The notes under the pieces: generated by a model | What the model was told of the DNA's origin: nothing | Database searches by the model: none | The model's input: only the letters and a program-made list of their open reading frames with translations | Virus record (IMG/VR): IMGVR_UViG_3300009151_000031 | Length of the DNA stretch: 64,000 nucleotides | Source: a virus | Direction: 5' to 3' (one strand) | Shown here: in pieces, positions 23,839 to 34,850 of the stretch | Layout: each line of letters opens with the position of its first letter | Position numbering within the stretch: the first letter of the stretch is position 1 | Translations under genes and position numbers: made by a program

Positions 23839-24633
23839 TTATTCGATGGTTACAGCATACAAGCAACTACGACCAGACTGAACAGGTATGTGCCATGCAC
23901 GTTCTGTTTCGCAAGTCATCAAGTAGTACTGCCCATCTTTTAATATAAATGCTGTTGGGTCAATGATGTTGTAACGGTTGTCCCAATCAAAATTAACGTT
24001 AACAATATCAACATTTTGTTTTGACATATCAATGCACCAACCAAATGGTCTATGTCTAATACTATCTCTATTAGATGCATAATTGTCGTGTCCAAATCCT
24101 ACAACTAAATTGTTGCCAATATCTAATCCGTTGCACCCACCACGTAATGTTGAGTAGCTATCCAGTGGTTGTATTTCCGTTGGCAAGTCTTGTGTAAACA
24201 CTGAGTATACTACATCACCCGCTAACTTTACTACCCTGAATGGAGAAATTTCATGCACAAAATAAATTTCGTCATTGTACACAAACGGTGCCCAATTTTT
24301 CCCTGGGCGTAGATTATCGCCCATATTGATTTGTATGCAATCCCATGTATCATCACTTTTGATATACAACTGCGGTATAAATTTGTTACCGGTAAACCTC
24401 ACTGAGTAGCATACCGGGATTCCAAGCAAATCAAACGCTCTAGGATCTTCGCCAGGACCTATTAGGGTACTGCCAATTTTGACCTGCGTATTGAACCAGT
24501 CTTGACGATTTACATGTCGAGAAAAAGTATGCTCAATGTCATCAACATAACATTGGCTATGGAACACATCAAAAGTTGTTGGAGTAAATTCAAATTGATT
24601 AATTATGGTACAATCAGTAATTGATATTTTCAT
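23839..24633 (-). CDS. Five-bladed beta-propeller glycosidase-like protein (GH130-like)
   Basis: GEDPRAF, KNWAPF, LRGG, GFGH motifs. Confidence 0.5.
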   Translation of the reverse strand: MKISITDCTIINQFEFTPTTFDVFHSQCYVDDIEHTFSRHVNRQDWFNTQVKIGSTLIGPGEDPRAFDLLGIPVCYSVRFTGNKFIPQLYIKSDDTWDCIQINMGDNLRPGKNWAPFVYNDEIYFVHEISPFRVVKLAGDVVYSVFTQDLPTEIQPLDSYSTLRGGCNGLDIGNNLVVGFGHDNYASNRDSIRHRPFGWCIDMSKQNVDIVNVNFDWDNRYNIIDPTAFILKDGQYYLMTCETERAWHIPVQSGRSCLYAVTIE

Positions 24634-24707
24634 TAAGTGTATTTATAATAGCATAAACTATGGCTCGCAAATAATTGAGCCAAACTTGGCTAAAAATAAA
24701 TACGTAT

Positions 24708-25577
24708 ATGAAAATCTATGACTGTTTTACGTTTTACAACGAACTCGACTTACTTGAATTTAGACTAGAAGAACTTTATGATCATGTTGATCATTTTGTC
24801 CTTGTGGAAGCAAACACAACATATACCAGCATACCTAAACCATTCTTGTTTGAAGAAAACAAAGAACGTTATGCCCGCTGGATGGATAAAATTATTCATG
24901 TTCGAGTGGAAGACATGCCCATGAATCCAGATGCCTGGGTAAACGACCGATTCCAGCGTGATCAAATTTATCGCGGCATCGCGGATGCTGATCATAATGA
25001 TTTAATTATAGTCAGTGACCTAGATGAAATTATACGCCCAGAAGCAATTGAGTATATGAAACAAAGCGATCAAAGTATATTTGCATTGCGTATGCCCTTG
25101 TTTAACTTCAAATTTAATTACATGAGGTTTAATCCTAATCAATATGATATTTGGGGCATGGCCGGAAGACGTATCTTTTTTGAAGATATCAAACCCGATG
25201 CATTTAGATTCTTGCGTTTTAATTTTATGGACAAGCCATACCAGTATCAAAATGACGGTTGCGAAGTCATTGAACACGGCGGTTGGCAGTTTAGTAACCT
25301 AGGCGACAACGAGTTTATGAAAAACAAACTTCGTAGTTTTGCTCATGCTGAAGTAAACTATCCAGAATATCTAGCACAAGTTGATATTGATGCTAGTATT
25401 GCCGAAGGCTTGGGTGTTGGCCGTAAGTTTGAGCAACAGGAATGGAAGCTAGTTGAAATAGACAGCTACTTTCCAAAAACATTGTTAAACAATCTAGACA
25501 AATATAAAAATTACATTTTGGACAATCCGGCAACTACAGCTCTTGCTATATTGCCCAAGTTCCCGTATAATAGTTAA
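24708..25577 (+). CDS. Glycosyltransferase family 17 (GnT-III-like)
   Basis: IYDCFTFYNELDLLEFRLEEL, FVLVEAN, SDLDEI, GWQFS; ATAAATA just upstream. Confidence 0.85.
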   Translation: MKIYDCFTFYNELDLLEFRLEELYDHVDHFVLVEANTTYTSIPKPFLFEENKERYARWMDKIIHVRVEDMPMNPDAWVNDRFQRDQIYRGIADADHNDLIIVSDLDEIIRPEAIEYMKQSDQSIFALRMPLFNFKFNYMRFNPNQYDIWGMAGRRIFFEDIKPDAFRFLRFNFMDKPYQYQNDGCEVIEHGGWQFSNLGDNEFMKNKLRSFAHAEVNYPEYLAQVDIDASIAEGLGVGRKFEQQEWKLVEIDSYFPKTLLNNLDKYKNYILDNPATTALAILPKFPYNS

Positions 25578-25594
25578 ATTCAAACAGGTATATA

Positions 25595-26635
25595 ATGGCA
25601 AAGACAGTTCTAATAACAGGTGGTGCTGGATTCATCGCGCATCACGTAATTGACAAAATTTTAAAAGACACAGACTGGAAGATTGTTTGTTTAGATCGAC
25701 TAGATATTTCTGGCAACCTAAACAGACTAGCAGACATGCTACACACGCACAATAAAGTGGATGTAACTCGGCGTTTGCGTATTGTATTCCATGATCTTAA
25801 AGCAGAACTAAATGAAATGATTGTCAAGGACATCGGTCCTGTTGATATTGTATTACATTTAGCGGCCGGCAGTCATGTGGATCGTTCAATTACATATCCA
25901 ATGGAATTTGTATTAGATAATACAGTTGGTACTGTTAACATGTTAGACTATGCTCGTAAACATTTGCCCGATCTAGAACGTTTTGTTTATTTTAGTACAG
26001 ATGAAATATTTGGTGTTGCTCCTCCTGGCGTCAGCTATAAAGAATACGATCGTTACAACAGCACAAACCCGTATTCAGCTAGCAAAGCAGCCGCAGAAGA
26101 GTTTTGCGTGGCATATGAAAACACATACAAAATGCCTATTGTGGTCACCCATACCATGAATGTATTTGGCGAACGTCAACATCCAGAAAAGTTTATTCCC
26201 ATGTGTATCCAACGTGCCAGAGATGGTGAACGAGTATATATTCACGCCAATGCAGACTGTACAGAAGCAGGCACACGTATGTATATCCATGCTCGAGATG
26301 TAGCAGAAGGCCTGATGTTCATTCTTAATACATTACCTCGAGATTACAAACACACAGGCGACTACGGATGGGCTCATTGTCCCAAGTTTAACCTGGTAGG
26401 CACAGAAGAAATTGATAACTTAACCTTGGCTCGCATGATTGCTGATGCACAAGGCCGAGAACTTAATTATGAAATGGTTGACTTCCACGGAAGCCGTCCC
26501 GGGCACGACTTACGCTATGCATTAGATGGCGGATTGTTAAAGCAACTTGGATGGGAACCCAAGATTAAATTAAGCGAACGCATTAAAGAAATGACACTTT
26601 GGACTTTGGAGAACACACGTTGGCTCAGCAAATAA
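25595..26635 (+). CDS. rfbB: dTDP-glucose 4,6-dehydratase-like
   Basis: TGGAGFIA, HLAAGSHVDRSI, STDEIFG, PYSASKA, RPGHDLRYALD. Confidence 0.85.
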   Translation: MAKTVLITGGAGFIAHHVIDKILKDTDWKIVCLDRLDISGNLNRLADMLHTHNKVDVTRRLRIVFHDLKAELNEMIVKDIGPVDIVLHLAAGSHVDRSITYPMEFVLDNTVGTVNMLDYARKHLPDLERFVYFSTDEIFGVAPPGVSYKEYDRYNSTNPYSASKAAAEEFCVAYENTYKMPIVVTHTMNVFGERQHPEKFIPMCIQRARDGERVYIHANADCTEAGTRMYIHARDVAEGLMFILNTLPRDYKHTGDYGWAHCPKFNLVGTEEIDNLTLARMIADAQGRELNYEMVDFHGSRPGHDLRYALDGGLLKQLGWEPKIKLSERIKEMTLWTLENTRWLSK

Positions 26636-27354
26636 CTAATACAAAACACGCATTCATTGTTACATCTGCTATTAATAGCAAGTTTGGTGTATTCAACCCA
26701 ATGCAACGTTTACAGCAAACCCTAGACACAATTAACAGTATTAAAAATAAAATACCCGCCGCTAAAATTATTATCTTAGAATGTTGTGGAGATCCTGTTA
26801 CACCCGAACAAGAAAACATACTTAGAAAAAGTTGTGATGTATATGTTGACTTTGGTACCGATCCAGACGTCAAGGACATGTACGATAACAACAACTGGGA
26901 CGTTGTAAAGAACGGAACAGAAATCATGGTATTTGGTCGCGCTTTGGCAATTTTAAATAAAGAAAATCAGTTTGCAGGAATTGATCGTATTCACAAAATG
27001 TCGGGACGATATGTATTAAACGACATGTTTGATCCGATGACATATGATCAATCTGAACTTGAAGATAAAATTATCATTGGACCAAAATGTCGAAGTCAGT
27101 TCCCGATTGAAGTAACTACCGTACCACTACAATACATGGCACGACTTTGGAGTTGGCCAACTAGTCGTATTGATGAAGTTATACAAGTATACAATGACAG
27201 TCTAATGTTCTTTGCAGAACGATTGGCAGTGGGTGGATACGTAGATATCGAACACGTACTGGCCAAGTTTCTAAATCCTGAAGTGGTACACGAAATTCAA
27301 AACATGGGCGTTGAAGGATGTATTGCACCCACTGGACAAGCTATTAAAAACTAA
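26620..27354 (+). CDS. Hypothetical, glycosylation-cluster protein (likely TTG start 26620)
   Basis: RBS GGAGA; HKMSGRY motif. Confidence 0.6.
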   Translation: MAQQITNTKHAFIVTSAINSKFGVFNPMQRLQQTLDTINSIKNKIPAAKIIILECCGDPVTPEQENILRKSCDVYVDFGTDPDVKDMYDNNNWDVVKNGTEIMVFGRALAILNKENQFAGIDRIHKMSGRYVLNDMFDPMTYDQSELEDKIIIGPKCRSQFPIEVTTVPLQYMARLWSWPTSRIDEVIQVYNDSLMFFAERLAVGGYVDIEHVLAKFLNPEVVHEIQNMGVEGCIAPTGQAIKN

Positions 27355-28565
27355 TGGAAAACTGTACTCTTATCAATCAATGTCTGGCATGCGGTAGCAC
27401 AGACTTAGTACCTACACTAGATCTTGGCAATCAACCATTGGCCAATAATTTCAGGTCTGGTGAATCCATGGACTCTGAAGAAAAGTATCCGTTGGCAATT
27501 AACCGTTGTCAAGATTGTGATCATTTACAATTAACACACGCAGTGGATCCTAAATTGATTTACACACATTATCTTTACGTTAGCGGTACTAGCGATACCT
27601 ATGTACAATACATGGATTGGTATGCTAAATTTGTACGCGAACAGTTTCGACATTGGACTACTAGGGTGTTAGACATTGGATGCAATGACGGCAGTCAACT
27701 TAACGCATTTAAAAAAATAGGATATACCACGTACGGAGTAGATCCTGCTGAAAATTTATATGCCACGTCGAGTGCAAATCACAATGTTATCTGCGGATTC
27801 TGGAATGAAGAAGTTGCTGCCAAATTGGACTGTAATTTTGATATTATTAGTACACAAAATGCATTTGCACACAATCCCGATCCCTTGGCATATTTACAAT
27901 TAGCTAAAAAATATTTAAAAGCTGATGGCAAAATCTTTATTAGTACCAGTCAAGCAGACATGGTTGTTAATGGCGAATTTGATACCATCTACCACGAACA
28001 TATTAGTTACTACAATGCCGAATCAATGCAGGCGCTAGCAGAACGTGCTGGCCTGCATTTAATTGATATGGTTAAGGCTCCCATACACGGAACTAGCTAT
28101 ATTTTTATACTTGCCAACGAGCCACTTAAAAAATACAGGATGGAAAATATTTTAGCAACAGAATTTAAACTACATTCAGGATCAACGTATAGAAATTGGG
28201 CCGCTGGTGTAGAAGAATTGCTAATAGGTCTTAAAGATCAAATCGACGAGTATCAGCATTGGGGATATCGGTGTATTGGCTACGGAGCCGCCGCCAAAGG
28301 AATGACCTTGCTCAATGCTAGCAAGATTACGTTAGATTGTGTCATTGATGACAATCCATTGAAGCAAGGACTGTATTGCCCGGGCACAACTATTCCAGTT
28401 GTAAGTAGTAACTACATTAATCAATTGCCCGAAACAGATCGAGTCATATTCATTCCATTGGCCTGGAACTTTTACGATGAGATCAAACGTAAAATACAAA
28501 AAATTAGAACTAACGAACACGATATGTTTTTACGTTATTTCCCGACTATTAAAACCGAAACATGA
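27354..28565 (+). CDS. NDP-hexose C-methyltransferase
   Basis: Zn finger CLACG..CQDC, VLDIGCNDG, FDTIYHEHISY, GYGAAAKG, DDNPLKQG. Confidence 0.88.
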   Translation: MENCTLINQCLACGSTDLVPTLDLGNQPLANNFRSGESMDSEEKYPLAINRCQDCDHLQLTHAVDPKLIYTHYLYVSGTSDTYVQYMDWYAKFVREQFRHWTTRVLDIGCNDGSQLNAFKKIGYTTYGVDPAENLYATSSANHNVICGFWNEEVAAKLDCNFDIISTQNAFAHNPDPLAYLQLAKKYLKADGKIFISTSQADMVVNGEFDTIYHEHISYYNAESMQALAERAGLHLIDMVKAPIHGTSYIFILANEPLKKYRMENILATEFKLHSGSTYRNWAAGVEELLIGLKDQIDEYQHWGYRCIGYGAAAKGMTLLNASKITLDCVIDDNPLKQGLYCPGTTIPVVSSNYINQLPETDRVIFIPLAWNFYDEIKRKIQKIRTNEHDMFLRYFPTIKTET

Positions 28566-29452
28566 AATTAGAAAATCCAATTAACATACTTGTGCAACGT
28601 CGTGCGGCAATTGGCGACGTTATTATGACCACAGGTGTTGTGCGCGAACTAAAGAAACGTTACGGCGATGATGCCAACATTGATGTCGCCACGGACTTTG
28701 CTGGCATATACCGCAATAACCCACACATACGCAATATCTTTCCAGTGGACCTGGTGCCTGCAGTCAATAACAAATATGAAATTTACATTAATCTAGATAA
28801 CGCATATGAATTAAATCCCACAGAGCATTATGTAAAAAACTATTTTTATCGTGCGTTTGGTTCAACTACTATGAACATGTCTACAGAGCTGTTTCCCAGT
28901 AACGAAGATAAGATTCTTGTTGATGCAGATCTTAAAGAAATTGGCACAAAGTTTATAGCAGTACATTTACGTAACTGGCATTGGACAGCTAAAAATATTA
29001 CCATGGATATATGGTTAGAAGTATTTGGCAAGCTGTTTGAAAAACGTGCAGATTTTAAAGTGGTATGTTTGGGTGGATCCACTGATCACTTTGTTGACCA
29101 TCCGCTGTTCCTGGACCGGCGCACAGTATATAATGATCAGCAGATTAAGTACCTGTGTGATCATGCCAAGTGTTTTGTGGGAATCGATTCTGGGCCCTAC
29201 TGGGCGGCTTCGGCAAGTAGCACTCATATAGTTGCTTTGCTGACACATTTACGTCCAGAGGTTATTTTGCCGTGGCGCAAACATGATTATGCTAACAACG
29301 CCACAGCAATACAAACATTAGAAGATTGCCGTGGATGCAATGATGATCAAGCACGTCCAGTTAGCCAATTGGTATGTAAAAAGGGTAACACTCCTTGTAA
29401 CAATAATTTTGATACAGATGCAATAGCAAACGCAATATTGGAACAATTATGA
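28562..29452 (+). CDS. GT9 (heptosyltransferase-like) glycosyltransferase
   Basis: RAAIGDVIMTT, NNPHI, FVGIDSGPYWAA. Confidence 0.8.
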   Translation: MKLENPINILVQRRAAIGDVIMTTGVVRELKKRYGDDANIDVATDFAGIYRNNPHIRNIFPVDLVPAVNNKYEIYINLDNAYELNPTEHYVKNYFYRAFGSTTMNMSTELFPSNEDKILVDADLKEIGTKFIAVHLRNWHWTAKNITMDIWLEVFGKLFEKRADFKVVCLGGSTDHFVDHPLFLDRRTVYNDQQIKYLCDHAKCFVGIDSGPYWAASASSTHIVALLTHLRPEVILPWRKHDYANNATAIQTLEDCRGCNDDQARPVSQLVCKKGNTPCNNNFDTDAIANAILEQL

Positions 29453-29829
29453 TAGTACTGGCACCAATCAGTGTAGGTGAATTAATTGACAAGATTACTA
29501 TCTTGGAGATCAAAGTAGAAAACATTACAGACTTTGATAAAAATGACAACATCACCCGTGAACTAAGAACCTTAATTGGAATCTTAGAAGGGTTAGAAGG
29601 TTTACCGAACTTGCAGTCTTTATCACAACAACTAAGCATGATAAATCTTGAACTATGGCGTATTGAAGATGCAAAAAGAGAATGTGAACGTAATCAATCA
29701 TTTGACGAGCACTTTATTCATTTAGCCAGACAAGTTTACATTAAAAATGATGTACGTGCTCAGATTAAAAGAGAAATTAATATGCTCTGCGGTAGCTACA
29801 TTGTAGAAGAAAAAAGTTACAAAAAATAA
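29449..29829 (+). CDS. Helical hypothetical protein
   Basis: PISVGELIDKITILEIK, LWRIED, ARQVYIKND.RAQIKREIN, IVEEKSY. Confidence 0.7.
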   Translation: MIVLAPISVGELIDKITILEIKVENITDFDKNDNITRELRTLIGILEGLEGLPNLQSLSQQLSMINLELWRIEDAKRECERNQSFDEHFIHLARQVYIKNDVRAQIKREINMLCGSYIVEEKSYKK

Positions 29830-29840
29830 TTAGGAAATTT

Positions 29841-30647
29841 ATGCAAACAGCATTTACTGTACCTAGCATACGCTCTGGATACAAAGTTGATATATCCGGG
29901 ACAAGTTGCTATTGGTTTGAACCCGAGCACCCCGGCGAAGGCCATCGTACGTTACTAGATGTGTTTGACATGTACCTCAATGATTTTCAGTGGGACAAGT
30001 TTATCATTCCTGGCTCTACTGTTATTGACATTGGCGGACACTCAGGGGATACGGCTGTGCCTATGCAGTTACTCGCCAACGGCACAGTATTAGTAGTCGA
30101 GCCAAATCCTACTATTAAACCTTATTTAGATATGACCTGCATTGCCAATGGTCACTTAGGTAAATTTGTTACTGCCAGTGAAGCAGTTACTACCGAAGAT
30201 ACCGACAGCGTTACTATATTAGATCACTGTAACGCACTATGCAATGGCGGCATGATTGATCCAACATGGACTGAAGGACTACAGCAACGTATGACAGAAA
30301 TGTCAGGCAACAGCGTTACAGTACCTGGATTGACCCTAGAACATCTTTGCGAAAAATATCTAACATCAACAGAAATTGATAATATTAGTTTTATTAAAAC
30401 TGACACAGAAGGACATGATGTTAGTATCCTAGAATCAAGTAAAGCGTTTATTGATCGCAGACGGCCTGTAATTTTTATTGAATGGTTCTTTGCATTTACT
30501 GATGTTGAAAGCAAGCACATGTTTGATGTAATAGAATCAATGGACTACTTACCATTTTATCCGTTAACACTAGAGCCAGCTACGATTGATATTCGCAGTG
30601 ACGATTTAGTGTTAATACATAAGTCTAAGGTCGGCAACTATCTATGA
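29841..30647 (+). CDS. FkbM-family methyltransferase
   Basis: VIDIGGHSGD, VEPNP, FIKTDTEGHD, PVIFIE. Confidence 0.85.
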   Translation: MQTAFTVPSIRSGYKVDISGTSCYWFEPEHPGEGHRTLLDVFDMYLNDFQWDKFIIPGSTVIDIGGHSGDTAVPMQLLANGTVLVVEPNPTIKPYLDMTCIANGHLGKFVTASEAVTTEDTDSVTILDHCNALCNGGMIDPTWTEGLQQRMTEMSGNSVTVPGLTLEHLCEKYLTSTEIDNISFIKTDTEGHDVSILESSKAFIDRRRPVIFIEWFFAFTDVESKHMFDVIESMDYLPFYPLTLEPATIDIRSDDLVLIHKSKVGNYL

Positions 30648-31414
30648 AAACATTTGTACACTCTGGCACACTAGGTGATTTAATTTACAGCCTTCCTATT
30701 GTAAAGAAAATGGGCGGTGGCAAGTTCTTGGTTGCTATTGACAACATACAAGAGTGCGTAACTAAGTATTCGTGTGGTAATCCTGCGTGGGCACAAGTAG
30801 ATCCCGAACACGTAGGTCGCTTTACTGTTAAGGATTACGAAAAACTTAAACCGTTATTAGAACGACAAAGTTACATTCAAGATACAGGTATGTGGCACAA
30901 AGGTGATGCACCAGCTGATGTTGATCTAGACCATTTCCGTAGTGTACAGTTTAGATCGTTTGAAGGAAATTATGTACAAGGATATCATTTGGCATTTGAT
31001 CTACCATTTACCATGGCTGACTATGATGCTACTTGGTTAGAAGCAGATCCAAATCCAGTTGCACCCATTGTGGTATGTCGGTCAGGGCGTTATCAAGATC
31101 CAGCAGGCGACGCACAATGGCAAAAAATAATTAACGATGTCCAATTGGAAAAACACGGAACATTTGTTGGTGTAGAATCCGAACGCCAAGCATTTATACA
31201 AGCAACCGGATGCAATATTCCACTTTGCCCAATTAATGGGTTCTTAGAATTAGCCAACGTAATAGCCGGCGCCGAACTGGTGCTATGTAACCAAAGTTTT
31301 ACATATAGTATAGCAATGGGGCTGGGTAAACAAACAGTTTTGGAAACAATGAAACTCAAACCATTACAACATAACGAGTGTTTCTTTCCAAGAACCAATA
31401 TTCAGTACTTTTAA
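30644..31414 (+). CDS. Second GT9-like glycosyltransferase
   Basis: HSGTLGDLIYSLP, ELANVIAGAELVLCNQS. Confidence 0.65.
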   Translation: MKTFVHSGTLGDLIYSLPIVKKMGGGKFLVAIDNIQECVTKYSCGNPAWAQVDPEHVGRFTVKDYEKLKPLLERQSYIQDTGMWHKGDAPADVDLDHFRSVQFRSFEGNYVQGYHLAFDLPFTMADYDATWLEADPNPVAPIVVCRSGRYQDPAGDAQWQKIINDVQLEKHGTFVGVESERQAFIQATGCNIPLCPINGFLELANVIAGAELVLCNQSFTYSIAMGLGKQTVLETMKLKPLQHNECFFPRTNIQYF

Positions 31415-31441
31415 AAAAATAAATAAATTTGCCAATAGAGT

Positions 31442-31470
31442 TTGACTTATTGGCATTCATGTAGTATAAT
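31442..31470 (+). promoter_or_regulatory. sigma70 promoter of groES-groEL
   Basis: TTGACT-17 nt-TATAAT. Confidence 0.8.
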
Positions 31471-31502
31471 CAATTATTAAATCATTTAACAAGGAGATCA
31501 TA

Positions 31503-31796
31503 ATGAATCTAAAACCGCTATCTGATAGGGTCGTAGTCCGCCGTGTTGACAGTGAATCTGTGACTGCTGGTGGCATTTTTATCCCAGACGCCGCCACGGA
31601 AAAAGCCGATCAAGGCACCGTTCTCGCTGTTGGTCCAGGAAAACGCAATGACGAAGGTGAAGTAATTGCCTTGGACATTGCTGTAAACGACCGGGTATTA
31701 TTTGGGAAGTTTTCTGGACAGACTGTCAAAGTCAACGGAGAAGAAGTTTTAATTTTAAAAGAGGATGACATCCTCGCTGTTATTCAAGGAGAATAA
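31503..31796 (+). CDS. groES: Co-chaperonin GroES
   Basis: [17 protein letters not shown] mobile loop, LKEDDILAV. Confidence 0.97.
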   Translation: MNLKPLSDRVVVRRVDSESVTAGGIFIPDAATEKADQGTVLAVGPGKRNDEGEVIALDIAVNDRVLFGKFSGQTVKVNGEEVLILKEDDILAVIQGE

Positions 31797-33419
<1,623 letters not shown>

Positions 33420-33533
33420 TTGATCAATAAATAGAAGTAACACGGCCCTGACCTCTGCGGATTGATCATCCTGGCACGTTGGGGTTTTCTTTGGCCAAAA
33501 CGTATAAATAACAGTATAGAGGGAGATTTATAA

Positions 33534-33818
33534 ATGATTCGCATATACGCCTTACACGAACAAGAAGAACAAATTTATCAACTACACGAGTGGTTAAACA
33601 GCAAAGACTTGCCAATTGAACACGCATACGTAGACTTGAATGAAGATGCCAAAGCAGTTGCTGAACAATATAACCTAACAGTATTTCCAGTACTATTTGA
33701 ACTTAAAAATTTAAATGGCAAAGACATTATTACCAAGTTTGCAGACGGCAAAGATATTGACAAAATGTCCGACGACATGATTGCCAAAATCAAGGCAGAA
33801 TTGACACCAGCCGAGTAA
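33534..33818 (+). CDS. Thioredoxin/glutaredoxin-fold protein without cysteines
   Basis: YVDLNED, AEQYNLTVFPVLF cis-Pro pattern; TATAAATA at 33503-33510. Confidence 0.5.
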   Translation: MIRIYALHEQEEQIYQLHEWLNSKDLPIEHAYVDLNEDAKAVAEQYNLTVFPVLFELKNLNGKDIITKFADGKDIDKMSDDMIAKIKAELTPAE

Positions 33819-33838
33819 GAAAATTACCAATTACATAT

Positions 33839-33862
33839 AAACCCGCTTAGGCGGGTTTTTTA
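33839..33862 (+). terminator. Rho-independent terminator
   Basis: AAACCCGC-TTAG-GCGGGTTT + T run. Confidence 0.85.
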
Positions 33863-33916
33863 TTGACCTATTAATCGTTTAATGCTATACTTGTGTTATC
33901 AATTAATTTAAGGATT

Positions 33917-34117
33917 GTGATGAAACTCAAAGAAATAATCATTGATGAATACGAAACTGCATTTCCGTATGAGCAGGAATATAATCTGTGGATTGAGGGC
34001 ATGGAACGGGATTTTCAAGAAGAACTAGAATACAGGGCTAAGTTAGTGGTCACTAACAAAGTAGTACTTTATGCTGATGGAGAAGAATTAAGCCCGTTTG
34101 CTACTGTAAATTCCTAG
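33917..34117 (+). CDS. Acidic early hypothetical protein
   Basis: Promoter TTGACC-17-TATACT at 33863-33891; RBS AAGGA. Confidence 0.6.
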   Translation: MMKLKEIIIDEYETAFPYEQEYNLWIEGMERDFQEELEYRAKLVVTNKVVLYADGEELSPFATVNS

Positions 34118-34118
34118 G

Positions 34119-34147
34119 TTGACCCATAAATCCATTAAATGTATAAT
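34119..34147 (+). promoter_or_regulatory. Repeated early promoter copy 1
   Basis: TTGACCCATAAATCCATTAAATGTATAAT. Confidence 0.85.
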
Positions 34148-34153
34148 CAATAC

Positions 34154-34381
34154 ATGAAGTTAGAAATCAACGATATTTTACAGTGGACTGGAACAGTCTG
34201 TTTTATGGCGATGTATACACTTATGTCGCTGAACATTTATCCATGGAATATTGTAGCTGGAATCTGCGGTAGTACTTGTTACTTACTGTGGTGTATCCGT
34301 GTTGCAAATAAGCCACAAATGGTGGTCAATGCTGTAGGCATACTAGTATGCTTGGTGGGCCTGGTAAAAGCCTTTGGTTGA
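34154..34381 (+). CDS. Small 3-TM membrane protein (leaderless start 34154)
   Basis: Three hydrophobic segments; ATG 6 nt after -10. Confidence 0.7.
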   Translation: MKLEINDILQWTGTVCFMAMYTLMSLNIYPWNIVAGICGSTCYLLWCIRVANKPQMVVNAVGILVCLVGLVKAFG

Positions 34382-34406
34382 CCCATAAATCCATTAAATG
34401 TATAAT
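34378..34406 (+). promoter_or_regulatory. Repeated early promoter copy 2
   Basis: Identical 29-mer to copy 1. Confidence 0.85.
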
Positions 34407-34437
34407 AGTTGTATTGTTTAGTTAAAAGGGGTTTTAG

Positions 34438-34773
34438 ATGAAGCTGATGATTACCACACAAATTCAGGAAAACTACGGTGCCCACGATTGGGACGGTATT
34501 GGTGCTTGCCCACAGTATTGGAAGTTCAAGGGTGGTAATGATTACTCATATGCGTTGGGCTCACACTTACGCAACCCGGAAGCTCTTGCAGAGTTGGTTG
34601 AGGCTTTCCGCGGTCAGATTGATTGCGATAACGAAGGTTATCGCGAGTACATTGTTGGTTGGTCTGTTGAGTCAGATGACTACCTTACTGACTTTGAACA
34701 AAGCCAGTTGGAGTACGAGGGTAAGATTACTTATCGTACTACCGAATTAAAATTACAAGAAGCTGTGGCGTAA
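34438..34773 (+). CDS. Early hypothetical protein
   Basis: TQIQENYGAHDWDG.G.CPQYWKFKGG; RBS AAGGGG. Confidence 0.75.
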   Translation: MKLMITTQIQENYGAHDWDGIGACPQYWKFKGGNDYSYALGSHLRNPEALAELVEAFRGQIDCDNEGYREYIVGWSVESDDYLTDFEQSQLEYEGKITYRTTELKLQEAVA

Positions 34774-34789
34774 AAACAACACCTAGATG

Positions 34790-34818
34790 TTGACCCTAAA
34801 ATCCATTAAATGTATAAT
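34790..34818 (+). promoter_or_regulatory. Repeated early promoter copy 3
   Basis: TTGACCCTAAAATCCATTAAATGTATAAT (2 differences). Confidence 0.85.
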
Positions 34819-34850
34819 AGTTGTATTGTGTTAATAAAGAAGGAGCTAAA

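Noticed and set aside
33439-33500. Hammerhead or HDV/theta ribozyme
   Set aside because: CTGA is not followed by NGA/GAAA core; no P3/L3 double pseudoknot could be built
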